Assembly: GCF_009914755.1 (NCBI RefSeq)
Contig: NC_060940.1
Direction: 5' to 3' (one strand)
Origin: the human T2T-CHM13v2.0 reference genome, Homo sapiens
DNA length: 64,000 bases
Under the pieces are notes generated by a model. The model made no database searches. It was not told the origin of the DNA and saw only the letters and a list, made by a program, of their open reading frames with translations. Positions 27,597 to 42,200 of this stretch are shown here, one piece after another (position 1 is the stretch's first letter; each line of letters begins with the position of its first letter). Position numbers and translations under genes: made by a program.

Positions 27597-30500
27597 TCAT
27601 TGGATGATGACTCCATTCGAGTCCATTCGATGATTCCACTCGATTCCATTAGATGATTCCATTGGAGTCCATTTGATTGTTCCATTCGATTCCATTCGAT
27701 TCCTTTCGAAGATTATTCCATTTGAGTCCATTCGATGATGATTCCATTCCATTCCATTCGATGATTCCGTTTGATTCCATTCGATGATTCCCTTCGATTC
27801 CTTTCTTTGATGATTCCATTCCATTCCATTCAATGATTCCATTCGAATCTATTCCATGATGATTCCTTTCGATTCTATTCGCTGATGTTTCCTTTCAATT
27901 CCATTCGATGATGATTCCATTCGATTCCATTCATTGAGGATTCCATTTGATTCCATTCAATGATGATTCCGTTCTATTCCATTCAATGATTGCATTCAAT
28001 TCCATTCAATGATTATCCCATTAGAGTAAACTCAACGATTCCATTCAATACCATTCGATGATGATTCCTTTTGTGTCCATTCAATGATTTCATTCAAGTC
28101 CATTTGATGATTCCTTTCAATTCCATTCTATGATGATTCCATTCGAGTCCATTCGATGATTCCATTCGATTGCATTCGATGATTCCATTATATTCCAGTC
28201 AACGATGATTCCATTCGAGTCCATTCGATGATTCCATTAGAGTACAGTTAATGATTGCTTTGTTTTCAATTCGAAGATGATTACATTGGATTCCATTCTA
28301 TGATACCATTCGATTCCATTCAATGATGATTCCACTCAAATCCATTGGATGATTCCATTCGTGTCCATTCGGTGATTTCATTAGATTCCATTCGAGGATG
28401 ATTCCATTCGATTCCATTCGATGATTCCATTCAATTCCATTCGATGATGATTCCATTCCAGTCCATATGATCATTCCATTTGATTTCATTCGATGATGAT
28501 TCCATTCGATTCCATTCGATGATTCCATTCTATTCCATTCGATGATGATTCCATTCGAGTCCATTCGATGATTCCATTCGAGTCCATTTAATGATTCCAT
28601 TGGGTTCAATTCAATGATGATTACATTGGATTCCGTTCTATGATTCCATTCAATTCCGTTCATTGACAATTTGATTCCATTCGATGATGATTCCATTTGA
28701 GTTCATTCGATGATTCTATTCGATTCTCTTCGATGGTGATTCAATTCTATTATATTGGATGATTCCATTCGATTCCATTTGATGTTGATTCAATTCGATT
28801 CTATTCGATGATGATTCCATTGGATTTCACTTGATGATTCTATTCGATTCCATTCAATGATGATTCACTTCTCGTCCATTGGATGATTCCATTTCATTCC
28901 ATTCGATGATGATTCCATTCGATTCCATTCGATGATTCCATTTGATTCCATGCGACGGTGAGCAATTCGATTCAATTCCATGATGATTCTATTTGATTCA
29001 ATTAGATGATGTTTCCATTCGAATCCATTCCATGATTATTCCATTGGAATCCATTTGGCGATGATTCCATATGAGTCAATTCAATGATGATTCCATATGG
29101 GTCCGTTCGATGATAATTCCATTTGATTTCATTCAATGCTTCTAATCTATTCCAGTCGATGATGATTCCGTTGGAGTCCATACGATGATTCCATTTGATT
29201 TCATTTGATGATGATTCCATTCGATGATGATTACATTGGATTCCATTCTATGATTCCATTCAATTCCATTCGTTGATGATTCGATTCCATTCAATGATGA
29301 GTCCATTTGAGTTCATTCGATGATTCTATTCGATTCCGTTCGATGGTGATTCAATTCTATTATACTGGATGATTCCACTCGATTCCATTTGATGATTATT
29401 CCATTGGAGTCCACTTAGTGAATCCTTTAGATTCTACTCGAAGATGATTCCATTCGAGTCCATTCAATGATACCATTCAATTTCATTCGTTGATGCTTCC
29501 ATTCAAGTGCATTCAATGATATCATTCGATTCCATTTGATGATAATTCCATTTGATTCCATGCGATGATTCTATTCGATTCCATTCAATGATAATTCCAT
29601 TCAATTCAGTGATTCCTCTGGACTCCATTTGATGATGATTCCATTCAATGATTCCATTCGATTCTATTCCAAAATGATTCCATTTGAATCCATTTGATGA
29701 TGATTCCATTAGATTCCATTTGATGATTCCATTCGATTGCATTTGACTATGATTCCATTCGATTCCATTTGATGATTCCATTCTATTCTATTCGATGATG
29801 ATTCCATTCGATTCCATTTGATGATGATTGGATTCGATTCCATTTGATGATTTCATTTGATTCCATTCGTTAATGATTTCGATCAACTCCATTCGATGAT
29901 TCCATTTGATTCCATTCGATAATGATTACATCCGAGTCCATTCGATGATTCCATTTGAGCCCATTCGATAATTCCATTTGAGTCCAATCAATGATTCCAT
30001 TCATTTCCATTCAATGATTCCATTCGAGTCCATTTGATCATTCTGGTAGGGTCCGTTCGATGTTGATTCCATTGGAGTGCATTCGATGATTCCATTCGAG
30101 TCCATTTTATGATTTTATTCGAGTCCTTTCGATGATTCCATTCGATTCCACTCGATGATGATTTCATTCGAGTCCATTCGACACTTCCAATCGATTCCAT
30201 TTGATGTTTCCATTCGAGTCCAATTGATGATTCCATTCAATTCCATTCGATGATGATTCCGTACGATTCCATTCTGTGATGATTCCATGTGATTGCATTC
30301 AATGATGATTCCTTTCGATTGCATTCGATTATGATTCATTTCGTGTTCATTCTATGGTTCCACAGGTTTCCATTCGTGTCCATTCCATTATTCCATTCTA
30401 TTCCATTTGATGATGATTCCATTCGATTCCATTCATTGGTGATTCCACTCAATTCCATTCAATGATTCCATTCCATTTCTTTCAACAATGATTCCATTAG

Positions 30501-33138
30501 TTTCTAATCGATGATCCACTTGATTCCATTTGACGATGATTCCATTATTGTCCATTCGATGATTCCATTTGATTCCATATGATGATGATTCCATTCGATT
30601 CCATACGATGAGGATTCCATTCGAGTCCATTCAATGGTGATTCCATTCAATTCCATTCGATGATTCCTTTCGATTCCATTCAATGATGATGGCATTCGAT
30701 TCCTTTCAATCATTCCCTTTGATTCCATTCAAAGGTGATTTCATTCAAGTCCATTCGATAATTGCATTCGATTCCATTCTATGATGATTCCATTCGAGTC
30801 CATTTGATGATTCCATTCAATTCAAGTCAATGATGATTCCATTCGATTCCATTCGATGATTCCATTGGATTCCATTCGATGATGATTCCATTCAAATCCA
30901 TTCGATAATTCAATTCAAGTCCATTCGATGATGATTAAAATCGAATCCATTCAAAGATTCCATTCAGTTCCATTCGATGATTCCCTTAGATTCCATTCGA
31001 TGATTCCACTTGATTCCATTTACGATGATTCCATTCGATTCCATGTGATGATTCCATTCAATTCTATTCAATGCTGTTTCCATTTGATTCCATTCGACCA
31101 TGATTGCCTTTGATTCCATTCAATGACTCCATTCGGTTCCTTTTGATGATGATTCCGTTCGATTCCATTTGATGATTCCATTTGATTCCATTGGATGAGT
31201 CCATTCGATTACATTCGATGATTATTCCATTCGAGTGCATTAGATGATTCCATTCGAGTCCATTCGATGATTCCATTCGATTCCATTCGATGTTGATTCT
31301 GTTCAAATCCATTCGATGATTCCACTCGATTCCATTCGATGACTCCAGTTGATCCCATTCGATGATTTCCTTTGATTCCCTTTGATGATCATTCCATTTG
31401 ATTCAATTCGGTGATTTCATTTGATTCCATTCAGTGATGTTTCCATTCGACTCCATTCTATGATGATTCCATTCGACTCCATTCGATTATGATTTCATTC
31501 AATTCCATTCGATAATGATTCCCTTCGAGTCCATTCGATGATTCCATTCGATTCCATTCAACGATGATTTGATTCGTGTCCATTCGATGATTCCATTTGA
31601 TTCCACTTGTTGATGATTCCATTCGAGTCCATTTGATGATTCCATTCAATTCCATTCTCCGATGATTTCTTTTGAGACCATTGAATGCTTCCACTCGATT
31701 CCATATGATGATGACTCCATTCGATGAAATTCGATGATGATTCCCTTTGATTCCATTCCAAGATGATTCCATTCTAGCCCATTCAATCATTCCATTCGAT
31801 TCTATTCAATGATGATTCCATTCATGTCGATTTTGTGATTCCATTTGACTTCATTTGATGATGATTCCTTTCAAGTTCATTAGATGTTTCCATTCGATTC
31901 CGTTTGATGATGATCCCATTCGAGTCCATTCAGTGATTCCACTCGTTTCCATTCCATGATGATTCCATTCCATTCCATTCAATGATTCCATTCGATTCCG
32001 TTTGATGATGATTTCATTCGAGTCCATTTGATGATTCCATTTGATTCCATTCGATGATGATTCCATTCGAGTCCATTCGATGATTCTATTCGAATCCATT
32101 TGATGATTTCTTTTGATTATAGTTGGTGATGATTCCATTGGAGTCCATTCAATGATTCCATTCGATTCCAATCGATGGTGATTCCATTAGAGTCCATTTA
32201 ATGATTCCATTTGATTCCAGTCTCTGATGATTACATTCGAGTCCATACGATGATTCCACTCAATTCCATATGATGATGATTCCATTCGATTCCATTCGAT
32301 GATTCCATTCTATTCTATTCAATGGTGATTCCATTCGAGTACATTAGATGATTACATTCGATTCCATTCAATGATGATTCTATTTGTGTCCCTTAGATGA
32401 TTCCACATGATTCCATTAGATGATGATACTATTTGAGCCCATCCAATGATTCCCTTCGATTCCATTCGATGAGGATTCCATTCGATTCAATTCATTGGTG
32501 ATTCTATTCAATTCAATTCTTTGATTCCATTCCATTCCATTCGACAATGATTCCATTCGATTTCTTTCGATGATTCCACTCGATTCCACTTGACATTGAT
32601 TCCCTTCGATTCCATTCAATGATTCCATTTGATTCCAGTGGATGATGATTGCCATCGATTCCATTCGATCACTCCATTCTATTCCATTTGATGATGATTA
32701 CATTCGATTCCATTTGACGATTCCATCTGATTCTATTCGAGGATTCCATTTGATTCCATTCGATGATGATTCCATTCGAGTCCATTCGATGATTTCATTC
32801 GAGTACATCCAATGATTCCATTCGAGTCCATTTGATGATTCCATTTGATTCCATTTGATAATGATTCTACTAGAGTCCATTCAATGACTCCATTCGAGTC
32901 CATTCAACAATTCCATTCGACTCCATTCGATGATTCCATTCGATTCCATTTGATGATTCCATTCGAGTCCATTTAATCATTACAGTCGAGTCCATTTGGT
33001 GATTCCGCTGGATTTCCTTTGATAATGATATCATTCAATTACATTTGATGATGATCCCATTCAATTTCATTTGATGATGATTCCATTAGAGTCCATTCGA
33101 TGATTTTATTCGAGTCCCTTCATTGATTCCATCCGATT
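27597..33138 (+). repeat. Higher-order unit U6, 5542 bp (570-bp deletion at ~31740), haplotype B
   Basis: The offset to U5 falls from 6112 (25446/31558) to 5542 (26309/31851). Confidence 0.9.
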
Positions 33139-36100
33139 TCATTGGATGATGACTCCATTCGAGTCCATTCGATGATTCCACTTGATTCCATTAGATGATT
33201 CCATTGGAGTCCATTTGATTGTTCCATTCGATTCCATTCGATTCCTTTCGAAGATTATTCCATTTGAGTGCATTCGATGATGATTCCATTCCATTCCATT
33301 CGATGATTCCGTTTGATTCCATTCGATGATTCCCTTCGATTCCTTTCTTTGATGATTCCATTCCATTCCATTCAATGATTCCATTCGAATCTATTCCATG
33401 ATGATTCCTTTCGATTCCATTCGCTGATGTTTCCGTTCAATTCCATTCGATGATGATTCCATTCGATTCCATTCATTGAGGATTCCATTTGATTCCATTC
33501 AATGATGATTCCATTCTATTCCATTCAATGATTGCATTCAATTCCATTCAATGATTATCCCATTAGAGTAAACTCAACGATTCCATTCAATACCATTCGA
33601 TGATGATTCCTTTTGAGTCCATTCAATGATTTCATTCAAGTCCATTTGATGATTCCTTTCAATTCCATTCTATGATGATTCCATTCGAGTCCATTCGATG
33701 ATTCCATTCGATTGCATTCGATGATTCCATTATATTCCATTCAACGAAGATTCCATTCGAGTCCATTCGATGATTCCATTAGAGTACATTTAATGATTGC
33801 TTTGTTTTCAATTCGAAGGTGATTACATTCGATTCCATTCTATGATACCATTCGATTCCATTCAATGATGACTCCACTCAAATCCATTGGATGATTCCAT
33901 TCGTGTCCATTCGGTGATTTCATTAGATTCCATTCGAGGATGATTCCATTCGATTCCATTCGATGATTCCATTCAATTCCATTCGATGATGATTCCATTC
34001 GAGTCCATATGATCATTCCATTTGATTTCATTCGATGATGATTCTATTCGATTCCATTCGACGATTCCATTCTATTCCATTCGATGATGATTCCATTCGA
34101 GTCCATTCGATGATTCCATTCGAGTCCATTTAATGATTCCATTGGGTTCAATTCAATGATGATTACATTGGATTCCGTTCTATGATTCCATTCAATTCCG
34201 TTCATTGACAATTTGATTCCATTCGATGATGATTCCATTTGAGTTCATTCGATGATTCTATTCGATTCTCTTCGATGGTGATTCAATTCTATTATATTGG
34301 ATGATTCCATTCGATTCCATTTGATGTTGATTCAATTCGATTCTATTCGATGATGATTCCATTGGATTTCACTTGATGATTCTATTCGATTCCATTCAAT
34401 GATGATTCACTTCTCGTCCATTGGATGATTCCATTTCATTCCATTCGATGATGATTCCATTCGATTCCATTCGATGATTCCATTTGATTCCATGCGACGG
34501 TGAGCAATTCGATTCAATTCCATGATGATTCTATTTGATTCAATTAGATGATGTTTCCATTCGAATCCATTCCATGATTATTCCATTGGAATCCATTCGG
34601 CGATGATTCCATATGAGTCAATTCAATGATGATTCCATATGGGTCCGTTCGATGATAATTCCATTTGATTTCATTCGATGCTTCTATTCAATTCCAGTCG
34701 ATGATGATTCCGTTGGAGTCCATACGATGATTCCATTTGATTTCATTTGATGACGATTCCATTCGATGACGATTACATTGGATTCCATTCTATGATTCCA
34801 TTCAATTCCATTCGTTGATGATTCGATTCCATTCAATGATGATTCCATTTGAGTTCATTCGGTGATTCTATTCGATTCCATTCTATGGTGATTCAATTCT
34901 CTTATATTGGATGATTCGACTCGATTCCATTTGATGATTATTCCATTGGAGTCCACTTAGTGAATCCTTTAGATTCTACTCGACGATGATTCCATTCGAG
35001 TCCATTCGATGATACCATTCAATTCCATTCGTTGATGCTTCCATTCAAGTGCATTCGATGATATCATTCGATTCCATTTGAGGATAATTCCATTTGATTC
35101 CATGCGATGATTCTATTCGATTCCATTCAATGATAATTCCATTCAATTCAGTGATTCCTCTGGACTCCATTTGATGATGATTCCATTCAATGATTCCATT
35201 CGATTCTATTCGAAAATGATTACATTTGAATCCATTTGATGACGATTCCATTCCATTCCATTTGATGATTCCATACTATTCTATTCGATGATTATTCCAT
35301 TCGATTCCATTCGATGATGATTGGATTCTATTCCATTTGATGATTTCATTTGATTCCATTCGTTAATGATTTCGATCAATTCCATTCGATGATTCCATTC
35401 GATTCCATTCGATAATGATTACATCCGAGTCCATTCGATGATTCCATTTGAGCCTGTTCGATAATTCCATTTGAGTCCAACCAATGATTCCATTCATTTC
35501 CATTCAATGATTCCATTCGAGTCCATTTGATCATTCCGGTAGGGTCCATTCGATGTTGATTCCATTGGAGTGCATTCGATGATTCCATTCGAGTCCATTT
35601 TAGGATTTGATTCGAGTCCTTTCGATGATTCCATTCGATTCCACTCGATGATGATTTCATTCGAGTCCATTCGACACTTCCAATCGATTCCATTTGATGA
35701 TTCCATTCGAGTCCAATTGATGATTCCATTCAATTCCATTCGATGATGATTCCGTACGATTCCATTCTGTGATGATTCCATGTGATTGCATTCAATGATG
35801 ATTCCTTTCGATTGCATTCGATTATGATTCATTTCGTGTTCATTCTATGGTTCCACAGGTTTCCATTCGTGTCCATTCCATTATTCCATTCTATTCCATT
35901 TGATGATGATTCCATTCGATTCCATTCATTGGTGATTCCACTCAATTCCATTCAATGATTCCATTCCATTTCTTTCAACAATGATTCCATTAGTTTCTAA
36001 TCGATGATCCACTTGATTCCATTTGACGACGATTCCATTCTTGTCCATTCGATGATTCCATTTGATTCCATATGATGATGATTCCATTCGATTCCATACC

Positions 36101-39100
36101 ATGATGATTCCATTCGAGTCCATTCAATGGTGATTCCATTCAATTCCATTCGATGATTCCTTTCGATTCCATTCGATGATGATGGCATTCGATTCCTTTC
36201 AATCATTCCCTTTGATTCCATTCAAAGGTGATTTCATTCAAGTCCATTCGATAATTGCATTCGATTCCATTCTATGATGATTCCATTCGAGTCCATTTGA
36301 TGATTCCATTCAATTCAAGTCAATGATGATTCCATTCGATTCCATTCGATGATTCCATTGGATTCCATTCGATGATGATTCCATTCAAATCCATTCGATA
36401 ATTCAATTCAAGTCCATTCGATGATGATTCCAATCGAATCCATTCAAAGATTCCATTCAGTTCCATTCGATGATTCCCTTGGATTCCATTCGATGATTCC
36501 ACTTGATTGCATTTACGATGATTCCATTCGATTCCATGTGATGATTCCATTCAATTCTATTCAATGATGTCTCCATTTGATTCCATTCGACCATGATTGC
36601 CTTTGATTCCATTCAATGATTCCATTCGGTTCCGTTTGATGATGATTCCGTTCGATTCCATTTGATGATTCCATTTGATTCCATTGGATGAGTCCATTCG
36701 ATTACATTCGATGATTATTCCATTCGAGTGCATTAGATGATTCCATTCGAGTCCATTCGATGATTCCATTCGATTCCATTCGATGTTGATTCTGTTCAAA
36801 TCCATTCGATGATTCCACTCGATTCCATTCGTTGACTCCATTTGATCCCATTCGATGATTTCCTTTGATTCCCTTTGATGATCATTCCATTTGATTCAAT
36901 TCGGTGATTTCATTTGATTCCATTCAGTGATGTTTCCATTCGACTCCATTCGATGATGATTCCATTCGACTCCATTCGATTATGATTTCATTCAATTCCA
37001 TTCGATAATGATTCCCTTCGAGTCCATTCGATGATTCCATTCGATTCCATTCAACGATGATTTGATTCGTGTCCATTCGATGATTCCATTTGATTCCACT
37101 TGATGATGATTCCATTCGAGTCCATTTGATGATTCCATTCAATTCCATACTCCGATGATTTCTTTTGAGCCCACTCAATGCTTCCACTCGATTCCATATG
37201 ATGATGACTCCATTCGATGAAATTCGATGATGATTCCATTCGCTTGCTTTCGATGATGATTCCACTTGAGTCCGTTAGAAGATTCTATTCAATTACATTC
37301 CAGGACGATTCCGTTCGAGTCCATTTGATGATTCCATTAGACTCCATTCGACGATGATTCCATTCGATGTTATTCGATGATTCCATTCGATCTCATTCGA
37401 TGATGATTCCATTCAACTCCATTCGATGTTTCCATTCGAGTTCATTCTATTATTCCATTAGATTCCATTCGATGATGATTCCATTCGATTCCATTTGATG
37501 ATTGCATTCTATTTCATTTGATGATGATTCCATTCGAGTCCACTCGATGATTCCATTCGAGTCCATTTAATGAATCCATTGGTTTCAATTCTATGATGAT
37601 TACATTGGATTCCATTCGTTGATGATTTCATTCAGTTCCATTCAATGATGATTCCATTCAATTCCTTTCAATGTTTCCATTCAATTCCATAGGATGATGA
37701 TTCCATTTGATTTGATTCGACAGTGAGCCATTCGATTCAATTTCATGATGATTCTATTTATTCAATTGGTTGACATTTCCATTCGATTCCATTCGATGAT
37801 GATTCCCTTTGATTCCATTCAAAGATGATTCCATTCTAGCCCATTCAATCATTCCATTCGATTCTATTCAATGATGATTCCATTCATGTCGATTTGGTGA
37901 TTCCATTTGACTTCATTTGATGATGATTCCTTTCAAGTTCATTAGATGATTCCATTCGATTCCATTTGATGATGATCCCATTCGAGTCCATTCAGTGATT
38001 CCATTCGTTTCCATTCCATGATGATTCCATTCCTTTCCATTCAATGATTCCATTCGATTCCGTTTGATGATGATTTCATTCGAGTCCATTTGATGATTCC
38101 ATTTGATTCCATTCGATGGTGATTCCATTCGAGTCCATTCGATGATTCTATTCGAATCCATTTGATGATTTCTTTTGATTATATTTGGTGATGATTCCAT
38201 TGGAGTCCATTCAATGATTCCATTCTATTCCAATCGATGATGATTCCATTAGAGTCCATTTAATGATTCCATTTGATTCCAGTCTCTGATGATTACATTC
38301 GAGTCCATACGATGATTCCACTCAATTCCATATGATGATGATTCCATTTGATTCCATTCGGTGATTCCATTCTATTCTATTCAATGGTGATTCCATTCGA
38401 GTACATTAGATGATTCCATTCGATTCCATTCAATGATGATTCTATTTGTGTCCCTTAGATGATTCCACATGATTCCATTACATGATGATACTATTTGAGC
38501 CCATCCAATGATTCCCTTCGATTCCATTCGATGAGGATTCCATTCGATTCAATTCATTGGTGATTCTATTCAATTCAATTCTTTGATTCCATTCCATTCC
38601 ATTCGACAATGATTCCATTCGATTTCTTTCGATGATTCCACTCGATTCCACTTGACATTGATTCCATTCGATTCCATTCAATGATTCCATTTGATTCCAG
38701 TGGATGATGATTGCCATCGATTCCATTCGATCACTCCATTCTATTCCATTTGATGATGATTACATTCGATTCCATTCGATGATTCCATCTGATTCTATTC
38801 GAGGATTCCATTTGATTCCATTCGATGATGATTCCATTCGAGTCCATTCGATGATTTCATTCGAGTACATCCAATGATTCCATTCGAGTCCATTTGATGA
38901 TTCCATTTGATTCCATTTGATAATGATTCTACTAGAGTCCATTCAATGACTCCATTCGAGTCCATTCAACAATTCCATTCGACTCCATTCGATGATTCCA
39001 TTCGATTCCATTTGATGATTCCATTCGAGTCCATTTAATCATTACAGTCGAGTCCATTTGGTGATTCCGCTGGATTTCCTTTGATAATGATATCATTCAA

Positions 39101-39200
39101 TTACATTTGATGATGATCCCATTCAATTTCATTTGATGATGATTCCATTAGAGTCCATTCGATGATTTTATTCGAGTCCCTTCATTGATTCCATCCGATT
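33139..39200 (+). repeat. Higher-order unit U7, 6062 bp (49-bp and 1-bp deletions), B/A mosaic
   Basis: ORF start spacing 35045 to 35376 is 331 versus 380 in other units. A markers appear from ~35.4 kb and B-like markers again near 38.9-39.2 kb. Confidence 0.86.
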
Positions 39201-42200
39201 TCATTGGATGATGACTCCATTCGAGTCCATTCGATGATTCCACTTGATTCCATTAGATGATTCCATTGGAGTCCATTTGATTGTTCCATTCGATTCCATT
39301 CGATTCCTTTCGAAGATTATTCCATTTGAGTCCATTCGATGATGATTCCATTCCATTCCATTCGATGATTCCGTTTGATTCCATTCGATGATTCCCTTCG
39401 ATTCCTTTCTTTGATGATTCCATTCCATTCCATTCAATGATTCCATTCGAATCTATTCCATGATGATTCCTTTCGATTCCATTCGCTGATGTTTCCGTTC
39501 AATTCCATTCGATGATGATTCCATTCGATTCCATTCATTGAGGATTCCATTTGATTCCATTCAATGATGATTCCATTCTATTCCATTCAATGATTGCATT
39601 CAATTCCATTCAATGATTATCCCCTTAGAGTAAACTCAACGATTCCATTCAATACCATTCGATGATGATTCCTTTTGAGTCCATTCAATGATTTCATTCA
39701 AGTCCATTTGATGATTCCTTTCAATTCCATTCTATGATGATTCCATTCGAGTCCATTCGATGATTCCATTCGATTGCATTCGATGATTCCATTATATTCC
39801 ATTCAACGGTGATTCCATTCGAGTCCATTCCATGATTCCATTAGAGTACATTTAATGATTGCTTTGTTTTCAATTCGAAGATGATTACATTGGATTCCAT
39901 TCTATGATACCATTCGATTCCATTCAATGATGATTCCACTCAAATCCATTGGATGATTCCATTCGTGTCCATTCGGTGATTTCATTAGATTCCATTCGAG
40001 GATGATTCCATTCGATTCCATTCGATGATTCCATTCAATTCCATTCGATGATGATTCCATTCCAGTCCATATGATCATTCCATTTGATTTCATTCGATGA
40101 TGATTCCATTCGATTCCTTTCGACGATTCCATTCTATTCCATTCGATGATGATTCCATTCGAGTCCATTCGATGATTCCATTCGAGTCCATTTAATGATT
40201 CCATTGGGTTCAATTCAATGATGATTACATTGGATTCCGTTCTATGATTCCATTCAATTCCGTTCATTGACAATTTGATTCCATTCGATGATGATTCCAT
40301 TTGAGTTCATTCGATGATTCTATTCGATTCTCTTCGATGGTGATTCAATTCTATTATATTGGATGATTCCATTCGATTCCATTTGATGTTGATTCAATTC
40401 GATTCTATTCGATGATGATTCCATTGGATTTCACTTGATGATTCTATTCGATTCCATTCAATGATGATTCACTTCTCGTCCATTGGATGATTCCATTTCA
40501 TTCCATTCGATGATGATTCCATTCGATTCCATTCGATGATTCCATTTGATTCCATGCGACGGTGAGCAATTCGATTCAATTCCATGATGATTCTATTTGA
40601 TTCAATTAGATGATGTTTCCATTCGAATCCATTCCATGATTATTCCATTGGAATCCATTCGGCGATGATTCCATATGAGTCAATTCAATGATGATTCCAT
40701 ATGGGTCCGTTCGATGATAATTCCATTTGATTTCATTCGATGCTTCTATTCTATTCCAGTCGATGATGATTCCGTTGGAGTCCATACGATGATTCCATTT
40801 GATTTCATTTGATGATGATTCCATTCGATGACGATTACATTGGATTCCATTCTATGATTCCATTCAATTCCATTCGTTGATGATTCGATTCCATTCAATG
40901 ATGATTCCATTTGAGTTCATTCGATGATTCTATTCGATTCCGTTCGATGGTGATTCAATTCTATTATATTGGATGATTCCACTCGATTCCATTTGATGAT
41001 TATTCCATTGGAGTCCACTTAGTGAATCCTTTAGATTCTACTCGACGATGATTCCATTCGAGTCCATTCGATGATACCATTCAATTCCATTCGTTGATGC
41101 TTCCATTCAAGTGCATTCGATGATATCATTCGATTCCATTTGATGATAATTCCATTTGATTCCATGCGATGATTCTATTCGATTCCATTCAATGATAATT
41201 CCATTCAATTCAGTGATTCCTCTGGACTCCATTTGATGATGATTCCATTCAATGATTCCATTCGATTCTATTCGAAAATGATTCCATTTGAATCCATTTG
41301 ATGATGATTCCATTAGATTCCATTTGATGATTCCATTCGATTCCATTCGACGATGATTCCATTCGATTCCGTTTGATGATTCCATTCTATTCTATTCGAT
41401 GATGATTCCATTCGATTCCATTCGATGATGATTGGATTCGATTCCATTTGATGATTTCATTTGATTCCATTCGTTAATGATTTCGATCAATTCCATTCGA
41501 TGATTCCATTCGATTCCATTCGATAATGATTACATCCGAGTCCATTCGATGATTCCCTTTGAGCCTGTTCGATAATTCCATTTGAGTCCAACCAATGATT
41601 CCATTCATTTCCATTCAATGATTCCATTCGAGTCCATTTGATCATTCCGGTAGGGTCCATTCGATGTTGATTCCATTGGAGTGCATTCGATGATTCCATT
41701 CGAGTCCATTTTAGGATTTGATTCGAGTCCTTTCGATGATTCCATTCGATTCCACTCGATGATGATTTCATTCGAGTCCATTCGACACTTCCAATCGATT
41801 CCATTTGATGATTCCATTCGAGTCCAATTGATGATTCCATTCAATTCCATTCGATGATGATTCCGTACGATTCCATTCTGTGATGATTCCATGTGATTGC
41901 ATTCAATGATGATTCCTTTCGATTGCATTCGATTATGATTCATTTCGTGTTCATTCTATGGTTCCACAGGTTTCCATTCGTGTCCATTCCATTATTCCAT
42001 TCTATTCCATTTGATGATGATTCCATTCGATTCCATTCATTGGTGATTCCACTCAATTCCATTCAATGATTCCATTCCATTTCTTTCAACAATGATTCCA
42101 TTAGTTTCTAATCGATGATCCACTTGATTCCATTTGACGACGATTCCATTCTTGTCCATTCGATGATTCCATTTGATTCCATATGATGATGATTCCATTC

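Noticed and set aside
13553-31113. Plus-strand ORFs (13553, 14179, 24816, 30928)
   Set aside because: Chance stop-free stretches created by B-haplotype SNVs. They are useful only as haplotype markers.
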